A stretch of DNA of 64,000 nt from Polyangia bacterium (lineage in GTDB: Bacteria; Myxococcota_A; Polyangia; Fen-1088), in the NCBI GenBank assembly GCA_035578045.1, contig DATJWP010000188.1, positions 404 through 64,403 of the forward strand. Reading direction: 5' to 3'. Each line of letters starts with the position of its first letter. The stretch's first letter is position 1. Positions 10,389 to 20,489 of the stretch are shown piece after piece. Made by a program: the position numbers and the translations under genes. The notes below the pieces were generated by a model, which saw only the letters and a program-made list of their open reading frames with translations, was not told the origin of the DNA and did no database searches.

Positions 10389-11473
10389 GCGGAGAGCCGC
10401 TCCTGTGCTTGATCGGCACGTTTCCGCCGCCCGTTCACGGGCAGGCGGCCGTGAACGAGGCCGTCCGCAAGCGGGTGGCCGAGGCCGGTTCCCCACACGT
10501 GGTGATCAATCTGGCCGGCGCCTCGCTGGAGCGAGGGTGGCGAACGCGACTCAAACGCATCGGAGCGTTCGGGTCGGGATTGGCATCCTTGCTGAAGCTA
10601 GCGCTGGAGCGGCGGCGGCTCACCATCTACATGAGCGTCTCGGGCGGGTGGGGACAACTATACGAGGCCTGCTTTGCGTCGGTCGGCCGGGCGGTGGACG
10701 CGAGGATGTTCTTGCACCACCACAGCTTTGCGTATCTGGACGAGCGCCGGACGCTGACGGCGCTGCTGGCGTGGATAGCGGGGCCGGAGGCCACCCACGT
10801 GGTCCTTTGCGAGCGGATGGCGCGCCTCCTGCGGGAGCGCTATACGCCGGTGCGGCAGGTCATGGAGATCTCGAACGCTGGCCTGGTGGATCCACCCTCA
10901 GGTGAAGCGACGCCGCGCCCGGCTCTGAAGACGCTCGCCTTTCTCAGCAACGTCTCGCGAGAGAAGGGTGTGCTGCGCTTCCTCGACGTGATCGAGGCCT
11001 TGCGGCGAGAGAGACTGGGCCTTCGCGCCCGGATTGCGGGCCCTTTCCAGGACGCGGAGATCGAAAGCACCGTTCGCCAGCGCCTGGCGCGCCTCGGCGA
11101 TGGCGTGGAATACCTGGGCGCGCGCTACGGCGAAGAGAAGCGGCGCTTCTTCCTCGAAGCGGACGCGCTCCTTTATCCGTCCGACTACGTAAACGAAGCC
11201 GAGCCGCTCGTGATCTGGGAGGCCGTATCTCAAGGACTCCCGGTGGTCGCCTGGGGCCGCGGATGCATCGGTCAGATGCTGTCGGACGGCGCAGGGGCCG
11301 CCGTCCCTGTCGCCGAGGACTTTCTCCCCGACGCCGTGGGCCGCGTCAAGGAGTGGATCTCGCGGCCCGACCTGTTCACCGAGGCGTCGCGGCGAGCGGC
11401 GGAGTCGTTCGCCCACCGGCGCCGGGCCGCCGAAGCCGGCGCCGCAACCCTCATCCGGCTGTTGACATCATGA
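10385..11473 (+). CDS. Glycosyltransferase, GT4-like
   Basis: GTGA start/stop overlap with the upstream GT. C-terminal region has a GT-B type E-x7-E stretch (YPSDYVNEAEPLVIWEAVSQGLPVVA). Confidence 0.65.
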   Translation: MSGEPLLCLIGTFPPPVHGQAAVNEAVRKRVAEAGSPHVVINLAGASLERGWRTRLKRIGAFGSGLASLLKLALERRRLTIYMSVSGGWGQLYEACFASVGRAVDARMFLHHHSFAYLDERRTLTALLAWIAGPEATHVVLCERMARLLRERYTPVRQVMEISNAGLVDPPSGEATPRPALKTLAFLSNVSREKGVLRFLDVIEALRRERLGLRARIAGPFQDAEIESTVRQRLARLGDGVEYLGARYGEEKRRFFLEADALLYPSDYVNEAEPLVIWEAVSQGLPVVAWGRGCIGQMLSDGAGAAVPVAEDFLPDAVGRVKEWISRPDLFTEASRRAAESFAHRRRAAEAGAATLIRLLTS

Positions 11474-12426
11474 CGTTCGAGAGATCACCGGGGTGCGTCC
11501 TGTGCGGGGCACATGTGCAGGAGTCGTTGGACCGCGTCTTCGATGCCCGCTTCGGCGTCCCAGGTTTCTGGACAATCGGCATCTGCTCCGCATGCGGGCT
11601 TGAGCAGACGTTTCCGCTTCTCGACCTCTCCGCGCTCCGGGCCCTGTACGAGGCGCACTACAACTTTGGTGGCGAGAAAGACACGCTGTACGATCGCCTG
11701 CGCGAGCGTTTCCTGGGCTCGGCCGCCTACGCGATGTGGCTGCGTCTTGACGGAGACGTTTCGTTTCACGGCCGCCGAGGCCAGGGGCGACTTCTGGACG
11801 TTGGGTGCAACGAGGGCCGGAGTCTGCTTCGATATCGGGCCGGTGGATTCACCGCAGAAGGGGTGGAGATCAACGCGATGGCGGCGGCTCGTGCCCGGGC
11901 AGCCGGGTTCCGCGTGCACGAAGGCACCATCGAGGACTTTCGCCCCACTCAGCTCTACGATGTGGTGGTTCTGTCGAACGTGCTCGAACACGCGCTGGAT
12001 CCGCGGGACATGCTCCGCCGGGTACGAAGCGTCTTGGCGCCCGGGGGGCAGCTGTGGGTGAGCCTTCCGAACGGGCGTAGCTGGCTGCGTGCCCTCTTCG
12101 GGCGGGCTTGGATCAACTGGCACGTGCCCTTTCATATCGTTCATTTCTCGGAAGCGACCCTAGGCAAGTTACTTCGCGAAGAAGGCTTCGCGGTAGAGTC
12201 GACGAATTGCACAACGCCGGCTGTCTGGGTCTGCCAATCACTCCTGGCCGCCGTTTTTGGCCGGCCGAGCCGCCCCACATTGGCTTTGCGAAACCCGGCG
12301 CTGGTCGGGGGGGTGATGGCGGCCATTCGGGGGCTGTTCTTTCCGGTCTTGTGGGCCGGCGACGTCACCGGCCGAGGAGACTGCCTGGTGGTCACCGCGC
12401 GAAAGGACGCCCGATCGGCGGTGTAG
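11470..12426 (+). CDS. Class I SAM-dependent methyltransferase with N-terminal CxxC...CxxC zinc-ribbon
   Basis: ATGA overlap with the upstream GT. CVLCGAHV...CSACG, SAM motif I LLDVGCNEGRSL, and VVVLSNVLEH. The track ORF start at 11263 is an upstream extension overlapping the GT. Confidence 0.75.
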   Translation: MTFERSPGCVLCGAHVQESLDRVFDARFGVPGFWTIGICSACGLEQTFPLLDLSALRALYEAHYNFGGEKDTLYDRLRERFLGSAAYAMWLRLDGDVSFHGRRGQGRLLDVGCNEGRSLLRYRAGGFTAEGVEINAMAAARARAAGFRVHEGTIEDFRPTQLYDVVVLSNVLEHALDPRDMLRRVRSVLAPGGQLWVSLPNGRSWLRALFGRAWINWHVPFHIVHFSEATLGKLLREEGFAVESTNCTTPAVWVCQSLLAAVFGRPSRPTLALRNPALVGGVMAAIRGLFFPVLWAGDVTGRGDCLVVTARKDARSAV

Positions 12427-12523
12427 GTCTTCTTTGAGAAACCAACGACCCACCGCCAGGCCGGATGGCCCGTTCAGCGTGCCGGCCTGGCCGACAGCCT
12501 GTTACACGGATTGAATACCCACC

Positions 12524-13759
12524 ATGGCCGTTCGTCGGATCTTGATTGTGGCAGTCAACTACTGGCCGGAGCCAACCGGAACAGCTCCTTATACGACCGG
12601 CCTGGCCGAACACCTGGTGACGCGGGACTGGGAGGTCAAGGTCGTCACAACGATGCCCTATTACCCGACCTCGAGTGTTTTCGCCGAGTATCGGTCGGCC
12701 GCCTGGCGGAAGGAGCTTGTGAATGGGGTGCGGATCCTGCGCGGGCGACCGTATGTGCTGAACCGACAGACCGCGTTTGCACGAGCTTTGCTCGAAGCAT
12801 CCTTTCTGCTGAGCTCAGGCCCACTCATCGCCGGGGCCGCGCCGGACCTGGTGCTGGGCATCAGTCCAGGCATCAGTAGTGCTTTGCTCGCTCTGGCTGC
12901 CGCGCGCATCTACCGTGTGCCGCTAGCGCTGTGGATCCAGGATCTCCTGGGAGCCGGCGCCATACAGAGCGGGGTGCCGGGGGGCCAAACGATCGGGTCC
13001 GCAGCGACCCTCGTCGAAGGATGGATAGCTCGACAAGCCGATCGAATCGCCATCATCTCTCAGTCATTCCGTCCGTATCTGGCTGCGGCCGGTGTCTCGG
13101 CTGACAGAATCAGCCGAATCCGGAACTGGACCCACATCGGGCGCGCGACGAGGTCACGCGAAGCCGTTCGTGCCGACTTCGGCCTCGGCAGCTCCGACTG
13201 GATCTGCCTTCATGCGGGAAACATGGGCTACAAGCAGGGCCTCGAGAACATCGTGGATTGTGCCCGACTCGCCCAGTCGGTAGCGCCCGACCTCACCTTC
13301 GTCCTTTTGGGCGACGGCAACCAGCGGGCGATGCTGGAAGAACGAGGACGACATCTACCCAATTTGCGGTTCTTGCCGACCCAGAGCAATGAGCAGTTCG
13401 CCAATGCACTCGCAATGGCCGACGTTCTGCTGGTAAACCAGCGCGCGTCTGTCACGTCGATGTCTCTCCCGAGCAAGCTCACTTCTTACCTCGCGGCAGA
13501 TCGGCCCATCGTGGCCGCAGTGTCTTCCGGTGAGGTGGCGAGCCTCCTGACAGAGGTCGGCGCCGGGGCTGTCGTACCACCGGAATCGCCCGCCGCGCTA
13601 TTGGAACAACTCGTGTCACTCCGCCGCCAGCCCACCTTGGCGGCGGAAATGGCCGCTCGCGGGGCGGAATACGCCCGGACTGTCCTCTCCCCCGGCCAAA
13701 CTCTGACGGCACTCGAGCGGTTCGTCGGCGGACAGGACGATAGGGGTTCGCCGGTGTGA
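12524..13759 (+). CDS. Glycosyltransferase, WcaI-like (GT4)
   Basis: N-terminus ILIVAVNYWPEPTGTAPYTTGLAEHL is typical of WcaI-type GTs. Has a C-terminal GT-B region. Confidence 0.7.
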   Translation: MAVRRILIVAVNYWPEPTGTAPYTTGLAEHLVTRDWEVKVVTTMPYYPTSSVFAEYRSAAWRKELVNGVRILRGRPYVLNRQTAFARALLEASFLLSSGPLIAGAAPDLVLGISPGISSALLALAAARIYRVPLALWIQDLLGAGAIQSGVPGGQTIGSAATLVEGWIARQADRIAIISQSFRPYLAAAGVSADRISRIRNWTHIGRATRSREAVRADFGLGSSDWICLHAGNMGYKQGLENIVDCARLAQSVAPDLTFVLLGDGNQRAMLEERGRHLPNLRFLPTQSNEQFANALAMADVLLVNQRASVTSMSLPSKLTSYLAADRPIVAAVSSGEVASLLTEVGAGAVVPPESPAALLEQLVSLRRQPTLAAEMAARGAEYARTVLSPGQTLTALERFVGGQDDRGSPV

Positions 13760-13762
13760 TTC

Positions 13763-14725
13763 ATGAGGTACAAAGATGCGCTCCGGAAATGCCTGGGAGA
13801 CCTGTACCCGGCAGCTGTTCGGCTTCGCCATTCGCCTTTCGCGCGAACCCTGAAGGCGCTGACCGGCGTTCCTTTGTATTTCGTCCGACAGCGACAAAAT
13901 CCGAGACGCCTACACGCTGACGTCGACGGCATTCGCGGAATGGGCGCTCTGATCGCCCGAGCTATTCTGTTGTTCCGCCACGCTGAACGGTTTGGCCTTG
14001 AAGCATCGATAATATCCACGAATCCTCTCTACGGGGAGGTGCCCGGCGAGGACTGGCTCGATTCGTACTTCTTCACTCCCGGACATACGACCCAAGGGTT
14101 TCCGCTCCGAGGCGTGTCGCTGGATGCCGCGATGAGGTTCGTTGTCCACCCCCACCTGAACCTCACGGACGCCGCCAGACTCTTTCACCTCCACTTCAGG
14201 CCGCGGCCCGTGATTTCGGTACCCTTGCAAGAAGTGCTCTCCAAGACGGCCGGTGGTCTATTTGACCTGTCAATTCACTATCGGGGCACGGACAAGGTCA
14301 TCGAGAGCGGAACCGTTGGGTTCGAGTCCATGGTTCAGCGGATCGACGCAGTCATGGCGCTTTCCAGGTCGCCTCGAACGGTCTTTCTCGCCACTGACGA
14401 CCCTCAGTTCGAACAGACCATCCGAACACGCTACCCTCGGTGCGAGTTCGCCAGCTTCAAGCTCGGCTCCGTTCCCGAGGGCAAACCTCGACATTTTTCT
14501 AGCATGTCGCCCCGAGCTAAAGCCATCGAGGCGATCGTCAACATCTTCCTGATAGCCTCGGCAAAGATGTGCATCCGAACCAGTTCATACCTCTCCGCCG
14601 TGAGCCGAATTGCCAATCCCACGCTGCGGACCTTCACCGTCAACCGCACGCTCGCGGGATCACGGCTGTTCCCCGAAATGGAGCTCCTGGCCGCGGAGGA
14701 ATCCCTCCAATTTGCTCCCGGCTGA
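13763..14725 (+). CDS. Hypothetical protein; candidate fucosyltransferase (HxRxxD motif)
   Basis: SIHYRGTDK resembles motif I (H-x-R-x-x-D) shared by GT11/GT23/NodZ-type fucosyltransferases. It is co-oriented with gmd and fcl. No other family signal was recognised. Confidence 0.4.
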   Translation: MRYKDALRKCLGDLYPAAVRLRHSPFARTLKALTGVPLYFVRQRQNPRRLHADVDGIRGMGALIARAILLFRHAERFGLEASIISTNPLYGEVPGEDWLDSYFFTPGHTTQGFPLRGVSLDAAMRFVVHPHLNLTDAARLFHLHFRPRPVISVPLQEVLSKTAGGLFDLSIHYRGTDKVIESGTVGFESMVQRIDAVMALSRSPRTVFLATDDPQFEQTIRTRYPRCEFASFKLGSVPEGKPRHFSSMSPRAKAIEAIVNIFLIASAKMCIRTSSYLSAVSRIANPTLRTFTVNRTLAGSRLFPEMELLAAEESLQFAPG

Positions 14726-14731
14726 GCGAGT

Positions 14732-15691
14732 TCACTCGCCCGGACGACCGCCCGGGTTGCGAGCGGACATCAGTCGGCTCGACCCGAGCAGCGTGGCGAG
14801 CTTCTTCCTGACCGCCTGAGCGTAGTACCTATACGAGTGAGCGACGTTCGGCAAATGCGACAACAGTGAAAGCCATCGATAGTCGCCCTCCCGGCTCAAG
14901 TCAAACAATCCGAACTGACTGATGACGAAAGGGCTCTGGTCGCCGGGGAGCCTTACCGGCGAGCGAGAGAATCGCCTCTTCTGGAGGTGGATGTAGACGT
15001 ACTCCCGCTGTAACCCATCCCCGGCATCACAAAAAAGCCGGCCATCCCTCCATACGAACAATTGACCCCACCTGTTTGGATGTCGGGTAATGTACAGAAA
15101 GGGTGACCGCGGCGAAATATCCGCAATCATCTCCGCCCTGCAAACGGAGAGATTGTTCTCTCGAAAGATCACGTCGATCCCGTTAGTCTCGTCGAAGGCG
15201 ACTGAATCGTCAGTGGAGAACGCCGCGCGGTAATCTCGCACCCCGCCTGGCAATTCATACGCTGCATTAACGACCGGGTCATTCTTGTAGAGAGTAAAGT
15301 GACCGCGTCTGAATATCTTGACGTACTTCGTGGAGCGCGCCACATCCAACACAGGCGTCAAGTCACCAAAGACCATGTCGAAATCGCAGTGCCCCCACCA
15401 GTCGCAGCCTTTGAGCTCCGGTGCAAAGATCTTTCCAAACGCAGGACGAAAATCGCAGAGCTTGTAGGGGGACCTGAGAGCGATAGGAAAGTTGAAATTG
15501 CTTTGGAAGCGCGCTGCGAGCTCTTTGAATGTCGTGGTCACAAACTGAACGTTGGCTGGCATGCCCTGAGGCGGGGTGAAATCCCCGAAGAACAGAAACT
15601 CCACGCGGCTGTTCTTGGCACAAGAGGCCAGGAAATTGACGAAGTAAGGGGGCATCCGGCCAAAATAGGCATTTATTACGATGACCCTCAT
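14732..15691 (-). CDS. DUF6625-like protein of capsule/EPS loci (putative glycosyltransferase)
   Basis: The N-terminus (VIVINAYFGRMPPYFVNFLASCAKNSRVEFLFF...PYKLCDFRPAFG...WWGHCDFDMVFGDL) matches, from memory, a family common in polysaccharide loci. This is the lowest-GC gene in the window. Confidence 0.5.
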   Translation of the reverse strand: MRVIVINAYFGRMPPYFVNFLASCAKNSRVEFLFFGDFTPPQGMPANVQFVTTTFKELAARFQSNFNFPIALRSPYKLCDFRPAFGKIFAPELKGCDWWGHCDFDMVFGDLTPVLDVARSTKYVKIFRRGHFTLYKNDPVVNAAYELPGGVRDYRAAFSTDDSVAFDETNGIDVIFRENNLSVCRAEMIADISPRSPFLYITRHPNRWGQLFVWRDGRLFCDAGDGLQREYVYIHLQKRRFSRSPVRLPGDQSPFVISQFGLFDLSREGDYRWLSLLSHLPNVAHSYRYYAQAVRKKLATLLGSSRLMSARNPGGRPGE

Positions 15692-15726
15692 TTCTTCCTC
15701 AAGCTAATTGAACACCGCGGCGGGTT

Positions 15727-16632
15727 TCACTTCTGTGGCAATACCGATGTCTGAGGCACGAAGGCCCTCACCCTGTAGAGGATCAGGGAATAGTCCTTGT
15801 TGCGCCCGTGGCTCTTGGCGCTGACTATCAGATAGAAGTGCTGTCGAGCTCCTATCCTCGGACAAGGTGCCGCCATTTTTTCTTTGCCGTCGAGCCACCA
15901 TTTGACTTCCCCTTTCTGCGCATCGACGCTCGCCGCAAATTCGTGCACCGAGGCGCGGTCGACTCGATCTCGTGAGACGTTGTTTCTATTCTGAGAGTTG
16001 CGGTGGTTGTGCGGCGGAGTTCCCGACCAGTCATGAACCGTGCCGGTGAGTCCCGGCCCAAAGCCGCCTTCGTCGATGTCCAACTCCATCCATCGCTCAA
16101 GTTCGGGCGGCAGGTCGCCGTACCGGTCAGATCGCGCGCCGTCGTGCTCGACCGGCATCATCCAGAGCGCGGGCCAATGGTCCGGGTCGTTGTCGGAAAG
16201 ACGAACCGTAAATGAGACATAGAATCCGTCTGAGCCGCTCAAGGTGGGAATGAGACCCGGCGACAGGTCGTGCCGGACGCTGGAAATATCCCCCCCCAAC
16301 TTGACTGCAAGTGCCCCGTCTACGCTCGTGTAGTGATCGTCGGAGGGAGCCTTGTAGTACCACTGGCCGCTGTAGAATGGGAACATACCGGCGCCGGTCG
16401 GTGATACTGCCGCACCGTCGGGGCATTCGTTAACGACCCGCTTTGTCAATCCGGCGGCGGTCGCCCCGGGCGGCACCGATCGATCGGCGCAATTCCCTCC
16501 AGCCGCGGCAAGACCGTGGGTGGATTTGAAAACCGCTAATAGCAATGCAACAGTCCCGCTGATCACCCGACCGGCAGCCAGCTTGCTCGGCGACTCACTC
16601 CGCAGCAGCGATGGTGACCTCGCGCCCGTCAC
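15727..16632 (-). CDS. Secreted GH16-like glycoside hydrolase (concanavalin-like fold)
   Basis: Signal peptide. WPALWMMP, and ELDIDEGG fits the GH16 E-x-D-x-x-E catalytic motif. Confidence 0.6.
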   Translation of the reverse strand: MTGARSPSLLRSESPSKLAAGRVISGTVALLLAVFKSTHGLAAAGGNCADRSVPPGATAAGLTKRVVNECPDGAAVSPTGAGMFPFYSGQWYYKAPSDDHYTSVDGALAVKLGGDISSVRHDLSPGLIPTLSGSDGFYVSFTVRLSDNDPDHWPALWMMPVEHDGARSDRYGDLPPELERWMELDIDEGGFGPGLTGTVHDWSGTPPHNHRNSQNRNNVSRDRVDRASVHEFAASVDAQKGEVKWWLDGKEKMAAPCPRIGARQHFYLIVSAKSHGRNKDYSLILYRVRAFVPQTSVLPQK

Positions 16633-16636
16633 GTCA

Positions 16637-17974
16637 TCACCGTCCCTCGAGCCCCTGGGAAGGATGCTGGTGCTGGGTCAGTGCATCATCCGAAGGGGCG
16701 AAGATCTCAAGCGCGGCGGTCCTCGGGCGATTCAGGTCGAGCAATGACATGGTCGCAAAGAGTGCCTTTTGCATCCACAGGGTGAAGCTGAACTGTGCCT
16801 CAATGAAATGAAAGACGACCAAGAGAAGCAGTAGCAGATCCAGTGAACGCATCTGGCCGTTAACCGCGGCCCGCCCGTGGAGGACCAGGCTTACAACCAG
16901 GAGAAGAAGGATCGACACACCGATTAGTCCGTTCTCAGCCGCAACCTCCAATGTCAGGTTGTGTGGGTATGGTAATGGCGAGTAAGAGGCGAAGGCCCCT
17001 GTACCGACTCCAAGCACTGCATTATGTTCAAAGAGCTCGACGGCCGTCGACTGTCCCTCCATTCGATCGGCAATGGATTGCCCGTGACTTCGTGATGTGA
17101 TGAGTGACATGTTCGTCACCAGCCGTCCGATGAACTCGGGCTTGGCCGCAGCCGGAATCGCCACCAGAAGGGCGCCCACCAGGAGCGTGCCTACCATGGC
17201 GCGGATCGTCGACAGCGTTGGCTGCCGTCCGAACCACCCCACCGACGCGAACACGAGGGTGCCAACGAACGCCAGGACGGTGCCGCGGGTGTTGCTCGCG
17301 AGGAAGACAAACGCTATCAGACCAGTGGAGAGACCGAGGGCACCGAGTCGAGGGGGTCGCCGCCGTCCCATCGCTTCCTGGATCAACCAATACACGCTGA
17401 CTATGAGAGCGGAACCGATTGAGACGCTGAAGGGAATCGGGTGGGCGCTCCCAAGAGTGAGTCGACCTGTCTCGACGGCCGGTCGAAAGAGTAGCGCTAC
17501 GAGGCCAAGGCCCATCGCCAACAGCCAGGTGACCAGCAGGAAAGCCTCGATGTTCCGGCGTGCATACTCGGGCGGGCCGCAAAGGCTCAGGCGACCGGAA
17601 AGGTAGAAACTCAACCCGAGGCAAAAGTACCTTGCTGTGATCTCGAGGCCGCGATGCAGATCGGGCGCGAGGAGCGCGCCGAAAAGTAGATCCCCGCCCA
17701 GGCCGATCAGCAAGAGATCCAGCGGGTGTATGCGAAGGTAGTGGAGCCTCCGGCGAGAGAGAATCGCCGTTATACCCAGCACGAGGATCGGAAGACCTAC
17801 CCCTACGATCGTGTCGGCGGGCGCGGTTGCAGCGGAATCGAAAACTGCCTCAGCTGTCGGCCGAGCTGTCGCACTTCGGAGGAGGTAGCCGTTGACCGCA
17901 ATTGCCAGCCCCGCGGCGGGCCGCCACACTGTACAAAGACCAGCGATCAACAGGACGCCAAACGATGCCAACAT
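16637..17974 (-). CDS. O-antigen ligase/polymerase family membrane protein (Wzy-like)
   Basis: About 10-12 TM helices with a periplasmic loop, and its position between wzc and the hydrolase. Confidence 0.7.
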   Translation of the reverse strand: MLASFGVLLIAGLCTVWRPAAGLAIAVNGYLLRSATARPTAEAVFDSAATAPADTIVGVGLPILVLGITAILSRRRLHYLRIHPLDLLLIGLGGDLLFGALLAPDLHRGLEITARYFCLGLSFYLSGRLSLCGPPEYARRNIEAFLLVTWLLAMGLGLVALLFRPAVETGRLTLGSAHPIPFSVSIGSALIVSVYWLIQEAMGRRRPPRLGALGLSTGLIAFVFLASNTRGTVLAFVGTLVFASVGWFGRQPTLSTIRAMVGTLLVGALLVAIPAAAKPEFIGRLVTNMSLITSRSHGQSIADRMEGQSTAVELFEHNAVLGVGTGAFASYSPLPYPHNLTLEVAAENGLIGVSILLLLVVSLVLHGRAAVNGQMRSLDLLLLLLVVFHFIEAQFSFTLWMQKALFATMSLLDLNRPRTAALEIFAPSDDALTQHQHPSQGLEGR

Positions 17975-17992
17975 GTCAGCGCATCGATAGCG

Positions 17993-20455
17993 TCAGGCAA
18001 CCTCGACGATCCGCGCTATCCCATCTGCGGGGCGATAACCTTTTCCGGCCGAATAGCCGTACTCCTTCGAGTGAACGTCATCGATGCCGTTGACGACCAA
18101 CCCATATTCGAGCACCGGATTTGCCAGAAACCGACGAATATGTTCCTCGGCCGCACGCCGGCGGGTGTTTTGTAGTCGAATGATCGAGACTACTCCGTCG
18201 ACATACCGCGAAAGAATTAGGGCGTCCGAAAGGAGTGGAAAGGGCGGCGAATCCACCAGAACGAAGTCGTAATTCTGTCGCGCAAATGCAATGAGATTGC
18301 CGACTTCGCGGCGAGACAGTAACTCTGCTGCTGCCTGCCCTGAGGGGCTACCCGCCGTTATCGCGTCGAAATTCCCGACGCACGTAGATACCGTGCGAAC
18401 GATGTCACTTCTACGGGGTAGGCTACTCAGCCCCACATCGGGGGATTGTTTGAATAGACGGTGGTGACTGGGCCGGTGCATATCGCCCTCTATCACCATC
18501 ACGCGCTTCCCGTCTGCCACCAACGCCACAGCCAATGAGAGCGTACACAGTGTCTTGCCGTCTCCAGGCATCGGTGACGTCATCAACAACACCTTGACGT
18601 CCCGACGATTCGCGCCCATCCGATACACACTCGCACGCAGGTGACGGAACGACTCCGCGAATGCGGGATCGCCCCCGGCAAACAAATCAAATGGCAAAGC
18701 CTGTCTTGCTCGTTCCGCCTCGAGGCCGCCGCCAGCAGTCTTGCGTTTTGGAATCGTCCCCAGCATCACGAGGTCACCGGTCTCCCTTCTGAGATCGATT
18801 TCAGTTTCAAAGGTTGCCATCACCAGCCGCTTTAAGCCGATCCAGATCACGGCAACAATCAAGCCCAGAGCGGCCGCGCCTATCAGTCGAAGGAAGAGAA
18901 GAGGCGAGTCCTCATGAAACGAAACCTGTGGCGAATCCAGGACGTGATTGCGAGACATCGTCGCGGCCTTGCCTACCGTCGCTTGCTCCTGGTGTTCGAG
19001 CAAAAACGTATACATTTTGCTGAGGACGTCGGCGTTTCGGGTCAGTTGGGCCAACTCTAGTTGGGCGGCCGGCACCGTCTTCATCTTGTCGTGGAAATGC
19101 GCGATCAGGTGGTCCAGCGAGGCCAACTGTTCTTGCGCTCGTGAACGGCGACTCGTTATGTACTTTCGGACGGAATTGGACAGTCCGTCGACTTGGGCGA
19201 GCGCCTCGCGAACCTCGGGTGCATCGTCGGTAAAGCGCTGTCTCTGCCGATCGAGGTCCTGGCGGGCCTGGGCTAAATTCGTACTCAGTCCACTGAGGAC
19301 CGGATCGGATGCTTCACCGACCAGAAACTGCTCAAGGTTAGCACCTGCCTTTTTCAGGCTGCCCGACACCTGATCGAACGCGGCGACCTGCATTTGGGCC
19401 GCCAGCCGTTGCTGCTCGTATTGTGCAGTCTGTTCGATCAGGTTAGTCGTATCGTCACCGAGAACCACGACCGCTGAATTCTGTTTGTAGTCGGCAAGTT
19501 GTTTGTCTGCGTCGTAGAGTGCCTGTTTGACGCTCTTTACCTGCTCTCCGATGAAGGTTTCCGCTTGAGTAGCTTCCTCCGTCTTCCAGGACTGCCGGCG
19601 CTCTAGATATCGGCGCATCAGGCTGTCCACAAACTGAACGGCCAGGTCGGGCGACCGAGATAGAAACTCGATCGCTGCGATGCGGACATTCTCTCCTGGA
19701 GCTGCGGAATTGGGTGACTTGGGCAGGCTGACGGCGAGCGAGTGTTTAATTTCCTCGACTACCGTCGAGGTCGGCGACACTGAAAGGGCGTAGGATGCGC
19801 CTTGCGGGGGGTCGGTCGCCCCGCTCCTGGTGATCGTGAAGGACACGACATCGCTCGAGAACGGCTGCCCGATCTGTCCTCGGCCGATGGCGGGCCCATG
19901 TTCGCCACTGACCAAGAACGCACCACCGCTGGCGAAATCCACCTGAAAGGAGCGTGCTTCTGGAATGTAGGTCGCGAGGCGAGCATCGGTCACCTGAAGC
20001 CGGGAGCCGCTCTCGAGGACCCTCGGATCACGACGAGCCCAGAGCCACCGCCAGAATCGCGGTGGATGCCAACCGACGGGGGCGATACGAGCCGTCAGCC
20101 CCGAGCGCAGAGCGGCCTCTCGGAGGGCGTCGTCACTCTGTAGGATAGCCAGTTCCGTTCCGATCTCATCAGTTTGCCCGCCAACGAAGTCAATCTGTTC
20201 CGGCAGTCCCTCTTGGGCCCCGAGATGGCGCTGGACCTCGCCGAGGTAAAGGCTGCCCTTCGCTCGGAAAGTCATCCGGCCCAAAAGGGTCAAAGCAGCC
20301 ATCGCCATCGTCGCGCCACCGATGCAGATGATCAGCAAGCGGGCGTTTCGTCGAAGCAACATCCAGAGTTCGGATAGCTCGCGCGCGCCAGGGCGGAACA
20401 TAGGGATCGCCCCCACCAGCGCTTTCCGAGAGTCGAGCGGTTCTTGCGACGTCAT
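17993..20455 (-). CDS. Polysaccharide co-polymerase with BY-kinase domain (Wzc/GumC-type, PCP-2a)
   Basis: N-terminal Wzz-like TM and coiled-coil region. C-terminal Walker A SPMPGDGKT and Walker B FVLVDSPP. Tyr-containing tail KEYGYSAGKGY. Confidence 0.85.
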   Translation of the reverse strand: MTSQEPLDSRKALVGAIPMFRPGARELSELWMLLRRNARLLIICIGGATMAMAALTLLGRMTFRAKGSLYLGEVQRHLGAQEGLPEQIDFVGGQTDEIGTELAILQSDDALREAALRSGLTARIAPVGWHPPRFWRWLWARRDPRVLESGSRLQVTDARLATYIPEARSFQVDFASGGAFLVSGEHGPAIGRGQIGQPFSSDVVSFTITRSGATDPPQGASYALSVSPTSTVVEEIKHSLAVSLPKSPNSAAPGENVRIAAIEFLSRSPDLAVQFVDSLMRRYLERRQSWKTEEATQAETFIGEQVKSVKQALYDADKQLADYKQNSAVVVLGDDTTNLIEQTAQYEQQRLAAQMQVAAFDQVSGSLKKAGANLEQFLVGEASDPVLSGLSTNLAQARQDLDRQRQRFTDDAPEVREALAQVDGLSNSVRKYITSRRSRAQEQLASLDHLIAHFHDKMKTVPAAQLELAQLTRNADVLSKMYTFLLEHQEQATVGKAATMSRNHVLDSPQVSFHEDSPLLFLRLIGAAALGLIVAVIWIGLKRLVMATFETEIDLRRETGDLVMLGTIPKRKTAGGGLEAERARQALPFDLFAGGDPAFAESFRHLRASVYRMGANRRDVKVLLMTSPMPGDGKTLCTLSLAVALVADGKRVMVIEGDMHRPSHHRLFKQSPDVGLSSLPRRSDIVRTVSTCVGNFDAITAGSPSGQAAAELLSRREVGNLIAFARQNYDFVLVDSPPFPLLSDALILSRYVDGVVSIIRLQNTRRRAAEEHIRRFLANPVLEYGLVVNGIDDVHSKEYGYSAGKGYRPADGIARIVEVA

Positions 20456-20489
20456 GGCTCAGATCCCTCTTGTTCCTGTCGGTGTGCGC

